Shown here piece by piece: positions 31,889 through 40,661 of a DNA stretch of 64,000 bases (the stretch's first letter is position 1; the number at the start of each line of letters is the position of its first letter). A program made the position numbers and the translations under genes. Under the pieces are notes generated by a model, which saw only the letters and a program-made list of their open reading frames with translations, was not told where the DNA came from and made no database searches. Source of the DNA: a virus; the IMG/VR virus record IMGVR_UViG_3300025012_000066, positions 1 to 64,000 of that record; one strand, written 5' to 3'.

Positions 31889-32080
31889 ATGGAATCAAAT
31901 ATAATTGAATTAAAGACATTTTATGTAAAAAGCATGAAATTAGCCGGATTTCTTATGATGAAAGGGTTTGTCCTTCATGGAGTAAAACCAGAGGAAAATT
32001 CAAACAGAAATATATTCTTATTCACAAATAGTCCTCAATTATTAAAAGCAATTGAGCAATATAAACAAATCAAGAAGTAA
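31889..32080 (+). CDS. DUF5659-like small protein
   Basis: RBS AAGGAG; KLAGFLMMKGF...RNIFLF..SPQL. Confidence 0.8.
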   Translation: MESNIIELKTFYVKSMKLAGFLMMKGFVLHGVKPEENSNRNIFLFTNSPQLLKAIEQYKQIKK

Positions 32081-32083
32081 AAA

Positions 32084-32219
32084 TATTTGACTACATAAAT
32101 AGTGTAGTTAAAACTTAGTTACTTATCCATAATGACAGTAAAAATATTTGACTACCACTTTTATGTAGTTCAATACTTACAATTTACTGTATTTGACTAC
32201 ATAAAACAGGTAGTCAAAT
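32084..32219. repeat. three palindromic sites TATTTGACTAC-N9-GTAGTY (iteron/operator-like)
   Basis: Copies start at 32084, 32145 and 32190, each with a 9-bp spacer. Confidence 0.85.
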
Positions 32220-32349
32220 GAGGTGTAATAAGAGTAACTAAGTATTAATAAGAGAGAATAATATACTCATGTCTCGCGAAACGCGATTCATAAATTATTT
32301 TCTTTTCTAATGATTATCATAAACAAATTAAAGAAAGAGGTTTTAACAA

Positions 32350-33876
32350 ATGACAGAAAAACAAACATTAAATAATAAAGGTATATTTTGCAAGTTACCA
32401 AATGAATTATTCTATTTCTCTGAAAAGAATCAAGACTCAGATCCTAAAAAAAGGAAGTTTAGCATATTGGAAAATACAAAATCAGATAAAGGTAAATTTA
32501 ATTATAAATCATTGTATATTTTAGACTTCATTTATATGAATAAGAATATGAGAAATATTACAAATTTCTATCTTAAAGATATGATTACTGATTGTGGTTA
32601 TAAATATAACACTAGAACTGGTGAATCAGTTGATCAATTCAAACAAATATTGTCCAAATTGCAAGAGTTAAAATTAATAAGTTGTGATATCAATTTTATA
32701 GATGTAAAAGTTAATGAAAGAATATCATGCACATTAGATATTGATTTAGATAATCAATTCTTTATGCTTTATGATTGTGATAAAGAGAAAATACTTAATC
32801 AAACTATAGATAAAACAGACAATATGAATCTCCTTGTTTATTTTTGCTACTTGACCTGTAAAATGTATAAGCGTCCAAAAGGTGATGAAGTTGAAAAATC
32901 AGGTGGTAGAACAGAGGTATGTTGGCCTCCATATAAAACAATTAATAAGGAGTTAGGTTTTGTTGATGATTCGATTAATAAATATAACAAAATATTGGTA
33001 GAGTTAGATTTAATAAGAGTTGGAAATGCAGGATTATGGTATTACAAAGATGATATTAATAAAGCACTAAAAGAGAGTTGTAATATTTATACTTTATTCA
33101 CCACTGAAGATGAATCTACTCATAATCTTAAAGAAGGTATTAAATACTGGAAGAAATTAGATACAAATCAGAATAGAGTATTCAAAGGCACTAGGGAATA
33201 TGAGAATAATAATCGTAAACTTAATGGAGAATTAGGTTCTATTATTAAGAAAGAAAATTTGGGAACTGTAACAGCAGAAGATATTGTTAGAAAAGGTGAA
33301 ATATTAGCGTCAACAAAACCTGATGAAGAAAAGTATAAAATCATGTCAATATTAGATGCTAACCCTAATGAATTATTGTCTAATATATTTGAAGGTAAAA
33401 ATATTGAGATTTCAGAAAAATATTATGATTTAGAGGATTCTTTAGGTTTGATGGATGGAGAAAATTTAGCAGATGGTATCAAATATGAGGATTATAAATG
33501 GGTAATGATTAATTATAAAGAGAATGAGCATCAAAAGTTTATTGATTATGTTGTCAAGAAAAAGACAGATGTATTTGATATCATTGATAATCGTACATCA
33601 GCAGAGATTAAGGGTAGAGGGTTACAGAATAATAAGAGAAAATTGATTATAGAAGATACTGTGAATGTAACTGTAAGCAATGAGCCAGATATATTTGAAG
33701 ATTGGTTTAATGTAGATGAATGTGATAATAATAATGATTTGACTGATGAAGAATATCAAGCAAAACAAGAATGTATTGAGTTGAATCATGCTCAAATACC
33801 CGATGAAGTGTTGAGAGAAATAGAAGAAGATATGTATAATAGGAATAAAGAAAATATCTTTGAGATGTTTTTATAA
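32350..33876 (+). CDS. putative replication initiator (winged-helix)
   Basis: CWPPYKTINKELGF...SINKYNKILVELDLI wHTH pattern; acidic tail; preceded by repeated sites. Confidence 0.55.
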   Translation: MTEKQTLNNKGIFCKLPNELFYFSEKNQDSDPKKRKFSILENTKSDKGKFNYKSLYILDFIYMNKNMRNITNFYLKDMITDCGYKYNTRTGESVDQFKQILSKLQELKLISCDINFIDVKVNERISCTLDIDLDNQFFMLYDCDKEKILNQTIDKTDNMNLLVYFCYLTCKMYKRPKGDEVEKSGGRTEVCWPPYKTINKELGFVDDSINKYNKILVELDLIRVGNAGLWYYKDDINKALKESCNIYTLFTTEDESTHNLKEGIKYWKKLDTNQNRVFKGTREYENNNRKLNGELGSIIKKENLGTVTAEDIVRKGEILASTKPDEEKYKIMSILDANPNELLSNIFEGKNIEISEKYYDLEDSLGLMDGENLADGIKYEDYKWVMINYKENEHQKFIDYVVKKKTDVFDIIDNRTSAEIKGRGLQNNKRKLIIEDTVNVTVSNEPDIFEDWFNVDECDNNNDLTDEEYQAKQECIELNHAQIPDEVLREIEEDMYNRNKENIFEMFL

Positions 33877-34283
33877 ATTATAAACCAATAAATAAAATAT
33901 TGCTTTACATTTATCATCTCATAATGTACAATTATCATACAAAAGTGAGGTGATAATATTATTATGAGTTTAACAGACGATGCTTTAGAAACTGCCAAAT
34001 ATGTTAATGATTTATTAAATGGTGACTCTCAAAAACTAAAAAGGATTTATGAACATCTTTGTGTACATGATATTATAATGTATCATGCTTCAAAAGAACA
34101 AATGCTTGATATTTTTAAAGATATCTAATCTCCTATTGACATAAATCATAAAATAATGTATCATAACAAACATAAGTGATTAATTTTCATTTTTCATTTA
34201 TAACTCTTTCTTTCATCCTCAAGAGGGAGTCTTACTTATTAGTAGGATTTCCTCATTTTTTACCTTTTTGACAATGGATTGCT

Positions 34284-34514
34284 TTGTTCGCTATAATTGG
34301 AAAAGGAGTGTTGAATATGAATGATTGCATGAGAGAAGACGCTATAAGATTCTGTAAATTAATTAATCACAATGCTAGTGAAGAAGATATTGAATTATAT
34401 ATCAAATTCTTTTGTGATAGGTGTAAAAATCTTGGATGTAAATCTCCCAATTTAAAATTAAGGAAAATTTATAAGGATCAGGATGCTAGAATGAAAAGAA
34501 TGAGTGACATATAA
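34284..34514 (+). CDS. hypothetical protein
   Basis: TTGACA/TATAAT promoter and RBS upstream; true start probably the internal Met. Confidence 0.55.
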   Translation: MFAIIGKGVLNMNDCMREDAIRFCKLINHNASEEDIELYIKFFCDRCKNLGCKSPNLKLRKIYKDQDARMKRMSDI

Positions 34515-34581
34515 TCCTTTATTTGTTTTTTGACAATCCTATACCCATCCTCTATAATTAGTATAATAGGAGAGTGATTAA

Positions 34582-35253
34582 ATGATTATTTTGGATGATA
34601 ATAAAATACAATTCACTGTACAAAGACAAAAACATATTATTGGAAGTAAATTATTTCCAGTTTCATCAAAAAGTAAACTCCAAGTATTTAACTCTGAATA
34701 TACAGAAGAATTAGATAAAAACGATCCTAAAATACTTCAATTCACTAAACTTGTTGATCAATGTAAATTTGAAATGGGCCATGCTTATACAAGTTCTGAT
34801 ATTATTCTTCAAATTGCAGATGCAATAAATTTAGAAGCAAAATTCTTTTCGGGTTGGTTAATTTATCCTTTTAGTAATACATTTCCTAGTCATCATGCAT
34901 AGACAGTAATTAATGGTAATAGCGTTGTAGATGTAATGCAATTCCCTGAAGAAATTGATGTAATGATGAAAACTGATATGACTGATCCTAAATTTAAAGA
35001 AAAACTTGCCATAAAAATAACTGAAATACGGAAGAAAGAAAAACCTCTTTCTGAATCATGTTTCTTCGGTAAAATTAATTATGATTGGGTTTATTATGTT
35101 GGGAGTCCAGATACTTCGGAAAACGCTAAGAGAATATTTAGAGAATTAATTTCAAAATATCCTAATCATCCTGCTTATATTCGTAAAGGGGTAAGAGAGT
35201 CAAATGGTAGAACTGAATTACAAAATTTAATTAATAAGGAAATGGGAGAGTGA
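34582..35253 (+). pseudogene. transglutaminase/papain-like protein interrupted by an in-frame TAG
   Basis: 34582-34902 and 34936-35253 share a frame; HHA*TVINGNSVVD where HAW is expected. Confidence 0.75.
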
Positions 35254-35259
35254 GTAAGT

Positions 35260-35643
35260 ATGAATACTAACAATATTAAGATAAATCATTCTAAAATCGG
35301 CAAATGTTATGAATTAAGTTTGCAATTTGTATTAAGACATCAGGATTGGAAATTAGTTCATGGATATATTACTAATCGACATCCACCATTTCAGACTATT
35401 GATCATGCTTGGTGTGCAAAAGGCGATATTGTTAGAGACGAAATATTTGAAAATGAGTTCAGTATAGAAGTGCATAATGCTTTATTTAATCCAAAGACTG
35501 TAAAAGAATACACTTTTGATAAAATGGTTACTATGATGAATAAGTTTGAGACTTATGGCCCTTGGCATAAGATAAAAAGTCCTAGTAAAAAATATTATGA
35601 TGAAAATGGTAATTTAAAAGATGAGTATAATGAGAGGAAATGA
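35260..35643 (+). CDS. small transglutaminase/papain-like protein
   Basis: GKCY...LVHG...DHAWC...VRD, a putative Cys-His-Asp triad. Confidence 0.6.
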   Translation: MNTNNIKINHSKIGKCYELSLQFVLRHQDWKLVHGYITNRHPPFQTIDHAWCAKGDIVRDEIFENEFSIEVHNALFNPKTVKEYTFDKMVTMMNKFETYGPWHKIKSPSKKYYDENGNLKDEYNERK

Positions 35644-35861
35644 TAATTATGCAAGAAACTAACAAATTTTCTTACACAGAAGAACAATACGAAAGATATT
35701 GTCAATTCTATTCAATCATTGCTAATGGTGATATTTCTGATATGATTAGAGCAAACGAAGGTTTAGAAAAATGGATTGAAATTAGAAAGATATCTGAGGA
35801 AATGATTTCTGAAATGTCTTTGAGAATGGAAAAAGAATCTGAAGCAGAGATGGGTAATTAA
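35640..35861 (+). CDS. hypothetical protein
   Basis: Coupled ORF. Confidence 0.6.
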   Translation: MIIMQETNKFSYTEEQYERYCQFYSIIANGDISDMIRANEGLEKWIEIRKISEEMISEMSLRMEKESEAEMGN

Positions 35862-35875
35862 AGGAGAAATGTAAA

Positions 35876-36478
35876 ATGGGAACAAGACATTTAATTTGTG
35901 TAGTTAATAATGGTGAGTATAAAGTTGCTCAATATGGACAATGGGATGGTCAACCAAGTGGTCAAGGAGTAGGTATATTAGATTTTTTACGAAATGAAAT
36001 GAATAGAGTTAAATTTGAAAATCAGATTGAAGCATTAAGTTTTATTTCAAAAGAAGAACTAGAACAAATGTGGATTGAAGCAGGAAAAGATCCTAATGAA
36101 AAACTCATACCTATGGAAATATCAAGCAAATTCAAAGAGTTATATCCTGAAAATTCGAAAGATACTGGTTCTGGAATCCTCCAGTTAATTCAGGATTCTA
36201 ATCGGCAATTAAAATTAACTGATAACCTTATTTTTGCTAATGATTCATTGTCATGTAGATGGGGTTATGTAATTGATTTAGATAAGAATTTATTTGAGGT
36301 GTATGAAGGGGCTAATGAAACTCCATTAGATGAGAATGAAAGATTTTATTCTATGCAAGACAAATTAAAACCAATCACTGTCTATGATAAAACCTATTAT
36401 CCTATTAAACAGGTTATTAGTTTTGATTTGGATGACTTACCAACAGAAGAAGAGTTTTTGGAAAACTTTGAGGATTAA
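35876..36478 (+). CDS. conserved phage hypothetical protein (MGTR...QWDG type)
   Basis: MGTRHLI..KVAQYGQWDG.P and WGYVIDLD motifs; RBS AAGGAG. Confidence 0.75.
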   Translation: MGTRHLICVVNNGEYKVAQYGQWDGQPSGQGVGILDFLRNEMNRVKFENQIEALSFISKEELEQMWIEAGKDPNEKLIPMEISSKFKELYPENSKDTGSGILQLIQDSNRQLKLTDNLIFANDSLSCRWGYVIDLDKNLFEVYEGANETPLDENERFYSMQDKLKPITVYDKTYYPIKQVISFDLDDLPTEEEFLENFED

Positions 36479-36650
36479 ATATGAAAATTAAAAAATATTC
36501 GATTATTATTATATTTTCCAAGGATTATTGGGATGTTTTTGAAGTTATGGCTGAGTCTAAAGAACATGCTAAACAATTAGCTCGATTAGATTTTCCTAAT
36601 GCTAGAATTGGAAATATATTTAGAGCATAATAGGGAAGTAGTGATTAAAT

Positions 36651-36905
36651 ATGTATAAAGTAAAAGTAAAGATTATTATGACAGCAATATTAGAGGTTGA
36701 AATCAACCAAGAGAAAATGTTTGATCCTGATGACTTTGAGGAAGAAGATATACCGACCATTAATGATTCTATTAAAGGAGTTGTAGAAAGTTATATTGAT
36801 AATCCTATAGCTTTTGTGGATGATGAAAGTGTTAAGATAAACATAAGGCATGAAGTTATTGGAGAAATTCAAAAGTGTAAAATTAAAGCAGAGATAATGA
36901 ATTAA
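36651..36905 (+). CDS. hypothetical protein
   Basis: ORF in operon. Confidence 0.6.
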   Translation: MYKVKVKIIMTAILEVEINQEKMFDPDDFEEEDIPTINDSIKGVVESYIDNPIAFVDDESVKINIRHEVIGEIQKCKIKAEIMN

Positions 36906-36975
36906 CTTAATAAGGGGAAGTAAAATTCCCTTTCTGCTTTTTCTTTTCTTATGAATATAAAAAATAATATTATCC

Positions 36976-37102
36976 TTGACAAACTTTGGCAGATAGTGGT
37001 ATGATGAAAGAGTAGAAAGTGAGGTGAGGGAAAATGGATATTAAATCAATAAATAAATTTTACAAAATAAAACTTGACAGGCATTTCCACTTATGGTAAA
37101 CT
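36976..37102 (+). promoter_or_regulatory. two sigma-A-type promoters upstream of the CRISPR locus
   Basis: TTGACA(36976)-N18-TATGAT and TTGACA(37074)-N17-TAAACT, both with TGn extension. Confidence 0.7.
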
Positions 37103-37202
37103 GATTATAGGTTGAAGCAAGAAATAAAAAGAAAAGTTGTGATAATTAATGTTTATAAATACATAAATAAATTATTAAGTTCACAATCATTAATTAAATA
37201 AA

Positions 37203-37426
37203 AGGCCATCTTAGAAAGGTATTCCTTTAGTTGTGTTTTTAACAACTTGGCCTAAAATCGAGAAGTGTTCATAATATCTTATTTATAAGGTTGTGAATAA
37301 CACTCGTAAGGTAATGGGAATAATGCGAATGTAAGGTATACATAAAAATACTAGGTATTTCGCACCCATTGAAACTGCTGGCACAAATACCGTCCAGCAC
37401 TCTTATATGTATATACAAATTGTAAC
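37203..37426 (+). ncRNA. tracrRNA of the Cas12f system (ends approximate)
   Basis: Anti-repeat 37401-37426 is 25/26 complementary to the repeat; several stems; CGAGAAGTG, TAACACTCGTAAGGTA, TGAAACT and GCACAAA.ACCG blocks resemble AsCas12f1 tracrRNA as I remember it. Confidence 0.8.
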
Positions 37427-37429
37427 AAT

Positions 37430-37491
37430 TAAATAGGTTCGCATTTTATATAGTTGTAAGTGTTGGTGTGATTGAGTTGCAATGTAGGGCT
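37430..37491 (+). promoter_or_regulatory. CRISPR leader-like sequence
   Basis: Directly 5' of repeat 1; AATAGGTTCGCA...TAAGTGTTGG resembles clostridial leaders. Confidence 0.45.
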
Positions 37492-37656
37492 GTTACAACT
37501 TGTGTGTATGTATAAGATGTAAGTATCACTCCTCTTAAACCTCTATTAATGTTCTTCCGTTACAACTTGCATATACATATAAGATATAAGTATCAAGATA
37601 TTCCAAAAGGCAAAATCACACATCGTTACAACTTGTATATACATATAAGATGTAAG
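37492..37656 (+). CRISPR. mini CRISPR array: 3 repeats (32-34 bp), 2 enclosed spacers, possible third terminal spacer
   Basis: GTTACAACTTGTATATACATATAAGATGTAAG-type repeats at 37492, 37559 and 37625 (period 67/66); unrelated spacers of 35 and 34 bp. Confidence 0.93.
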
Positions 37657-37721
37657 TACCTTTGCACCAATCTTATTTACGATTTTAACTCATAAAAATA
37701 AATTAAAAGAGGATGATATAA

Positions 37722-39081
37722 ATGAATCAATGTGTAAAAATTGAAATAAAGAAAACGATTATAAAAAAATATTGGATTATAGGAAAATATTAAGAGATTT
37801 AAGGTATCAATCATGGTTAGCGTTCAATAAAGCAATGACTTATTTTTGCACATTTGCTATGGAAAATATGGAATACAAGGAATTAAATGGTGTAAATATA
37901 AATGAACGTGAAAGATTTGGTAAAACTCATGGAGCTTGGATACAAAACAGAATGAATGAAGTTATGGTATCTCATAATAGTGGAAATGTTGCTCAAGCAT
38001 ATCAATTTGTATCAAAAAGATTTAGTGATGATAAAAAGAAAGGTGTGTTCAAAGGGCAGTCTGGAGTTTCAAATTTTAAGTTAAATGATCCAATAATTAT
38101 AAAGAACACTAATTATAAAATTAATGTTAATAATAAGGGATTTGAAGTTGAATGTAGTTTATTTAATAGGATATATCAAAAAGAAAATAATATAAAACAA
38201 GTGAATTTCACTATTGAAAGTTTGGGTACTAGCCAAAAATTTATATTAAATAAAATTATATCTGGAGAATACAAACAAGGGTCTGCACAAATTATTGAAG
38301 ATAAAAAGAAAAGTGATAAGTGGTATCTAATAATAAGTTTTAGTTTTGAACCAGTTACAAGGCAATTAGATATGAATAAAGTATTAGGAATTGACTTAGG
38401 ATTAGTAAATACAGCAGTAATGCAAGTATTTGATATGAGTACTGAAAAATGGGATAAATTATCTTGGAATGAGATAAATTATCTTGGAATGAGAGCGTAA
38501 TTAATGGCAAGGAAATATCACAGTTTAGAAATAAACTAAATGCTAGAAAAAGGCAAATTCAAAAAGCCAGTAAAATTGTTGGTAATGGGAGAATAGGGCA
38601 TGGTAGAAATACTAGAATGAAACCATTGATAGATATTGGTGATAAAGTAGCAAGATTTAAAGATACATATAACCATAAAGTTAGCAAATACATAGTAGAA
38701 TTTGCTGTAAAACATAATTGTGCTACAATTCAAATGGAAAATCTAAGTGGATTTTCAGAACAACAATCAGTAAAATTTTTAAAGAATTGGGCATATCATG
38801 ATTTGCAAACAAAGATTCAATATAAATGTGAAGAAAAGGGTATTAAGTTCGTACTCATTGACCCAAAGTACACAAGCAAGAGATGTAGTCATTGTGGATG
38901 TATTAGTGATGAAAATAGAGATTGCAAGGGTAATCAAGCAAGGTTTAAATGTGTTACATGTGGACATGAAGAAAATGCAGATATTAATGCTGCAAAAAAT
39001 ATTAGTATACCAATGATTGATAGTATTATTGTGGATCAATTGAAGATGATGAAAGAGTTTAAGGATAAGAAGATTAGTTAA
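37722..39081 (+). pseudogene. cas12f: Cas12f1 (type V-F, AsCas12f1-like) nuclease split by two frameshifts
   Basis: RuvC motifs GIDLG / MENL / NADINAA; CSHC..CVTC zinc finger; GHGR..RMKP; RBS AGAGGA + ATG 37722. Reconstructs to about 446 aa after adding one base near 37763-37769 and removing the 20-bp duplication at 38453-38492. Confidence 0.9.
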
Positions 39082-39177
39082 TATGATCTAGTGTTTAAAT
39101 ACGTTATTAACTCCTTACCCACCAAGGATTAATATAAATAGGGTTGTGACCTACACTAAATTAGAAAGGGGCAAATT

Positions 39178-39738
39178 ATGTCTAAAAATATTAATATTGA
39201 AACCCAAGTTCAACTCGATGAAAAAAGTCACATTATTCTCAATGAGAAATTAAAAACCTTTAATTTAGACAGTGATATGAATTATGCTGTTGCAGTTCTG
39301 AAAATATTTATTACAAATTCAGAATCAAAGAAATATAATAAGTTAGCTGTTAATGTTGTACCTAAAGTACAATTTGTTGTACCATTTGTTTCAAAAATAC
39401 TGGCAACTGAATATATGAAGGAATTGTCTCAGAAAAATAAGTTAATGATGTTTCTTCATGTTGAAAAAGGTAATATTGTTGTAAAAGATGAAGATATTGA
39501 TTTAGCTATTAATAATTTACTAAATACATCAACAAGTCCAGAAATAGAATATGAAGAAATATCTAGATTAAGTTTATTTAATCTTATTGCCTATAATTGG
39601 ATGAATTTCTCAGAACAAGAAAAAGATGAATATGCTTATAAACTAGGAGGATTGAACGGGCATTATCACATACGAGCACTACTTGATAATTGGGAATTTA
39701 GTCCTGAGTTTGAGAAAGAAGTAGTAAACTATATATAA
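39178..39738 (+). CDS. hypothetical protein
   Basis: RBS AAAGGGG. Confidence 0.7.
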   Translation: MSKNINIETQVQLDEKSHIILNEKLKTFNLDSDMNYAVAVLKIFITNSESKKYNKLAVNVVPKVQFVVPFVSKILATEYMKELSQKNKLMMFLHVEKGNIVVKDEDIDLAINNLLNTSTSPEIEYEEISRLSLFNLIAYNWMNFSEQEKDEYAYKLGGLNGHYHIRALLDNWEFSPEFEKEVVNYI

Positions 39739-39833
39739 AATTTATTAAACATACTACTTAGTGATATCTGCTGAGGTGGGCAGTAGATATAAAGATTAAA
39801 ATATAAAATAAATTAATGGAGGTTTAAATTAAC

Positions 39834-40073
39834 ATGAAAGATTATGACGGATTAGGAAATGGTATTATTGCTAACGAAACTTTAAAAATGCTCATAAGAG
39901 ATATTAGTAAACAATGGGGCAATATTTTCTCATCTGAAGACAAAGAAGAAATTGCTGAGTTTATAGTGGGGAAACATAATAAAGAATTGTTTATTACTTT
40001 ATTAGATTCTCCATATTTTCAATGGTTGATAGGAATGATTTCTGAAGAAAATACCGGAAGACCAATATCTTAA
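39834..40073 (+). CDS. hypothetical protein
   Basis: RBS GGAGG. Confidence 0.65.
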   Translation: MKDYDGLGNGIIANETLKMLIRDISKQWGNIFSSEDKEEIAEFIVGKHNKELFITLLDSPYFQWLIGMISEENTGRPIS

Positions 40074-40342
40074 TATAATGTAATATGTATATATTGACCC
40101 ATAGCAGAGGGGTTCATACTCTGCTAATATATTGATAAGGATGTGGTGTTTCTATGAATTCTAAAACTGCCGTAAAAATTAGAAATAAGGGAATGTGGTT
40201 TCATAAGCATGGGAAACACAAAGGATTAAAAGAAATATCAATTATATTTAACAAGAGAAGAAGATTTATGTATGTGTTTGAACCAATAGATATTAGTTGT
40301 GGGAATTGGTCAAGTTTTAGGTGGTAGAAAGGAAGTTTAATT

Positions 40343-40567
40343 ATGGAAGATACTCTAAATGATTCAAAAGACAATGTTTTTAATTATTATTTTCATTATT
40401 ATGGTTTATTATGTAGTATTTATGATTATAAAACAGATTATCAAATGACAAGATTGTTTAATAAATTAGCCGAATGGGATGTTAGGATTGATAAATTACC
40501 AGAACAAATTAGAAATCAAATAAAAGAGTTGCAGCAAATTGACAATCAAGAAGATTGGGATTTTTAA
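40343..40567 (+). CDS. hypothetical protein
   Basis: RBS AAAGGA. Confidence 0.6.
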   Translation: MEDTLNDSKDNVFNYYFHYYGLLCSIYDYKTDYQMTRLFNKLAEWDVRIDKLPEQIRNQIKELQQIDNQEDWDF

Positions 40568-40661
40568 AATAAATATTCATTATGTAAATATAAAATATAC
40601 AGGAGAGAACTTGCAAGTTTATGGGTAGCTATCCCTCCCTGATCAGGAGGAGAGAATTGAA

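Noticed and set aside
32084-32219. Degenerate CRISPR array
   Set aside because: Irregular period (61 and 45 bp) and variable palindrome centres fit binding sites better.
34900-34902. Genome-wide TAG recoding
   Set aside because: TAG ends clearly complete genes (12841, 18489, 28769) and the long genes have no internal TAG; a single TGG-to-TAG change is simpler.
37722-39081. IS200/IS605 TnpB transposon
   Set aside because: No tnpA or recognisable ends, and the adjacent array plus anti-repeat RNA indicate Cas12f.
37722-39081. Naturally nuclease-dead Cas12f/TldR-type regulator
   Set aside because: All three RuvC acidic residues are present; the defects are frameshifts.
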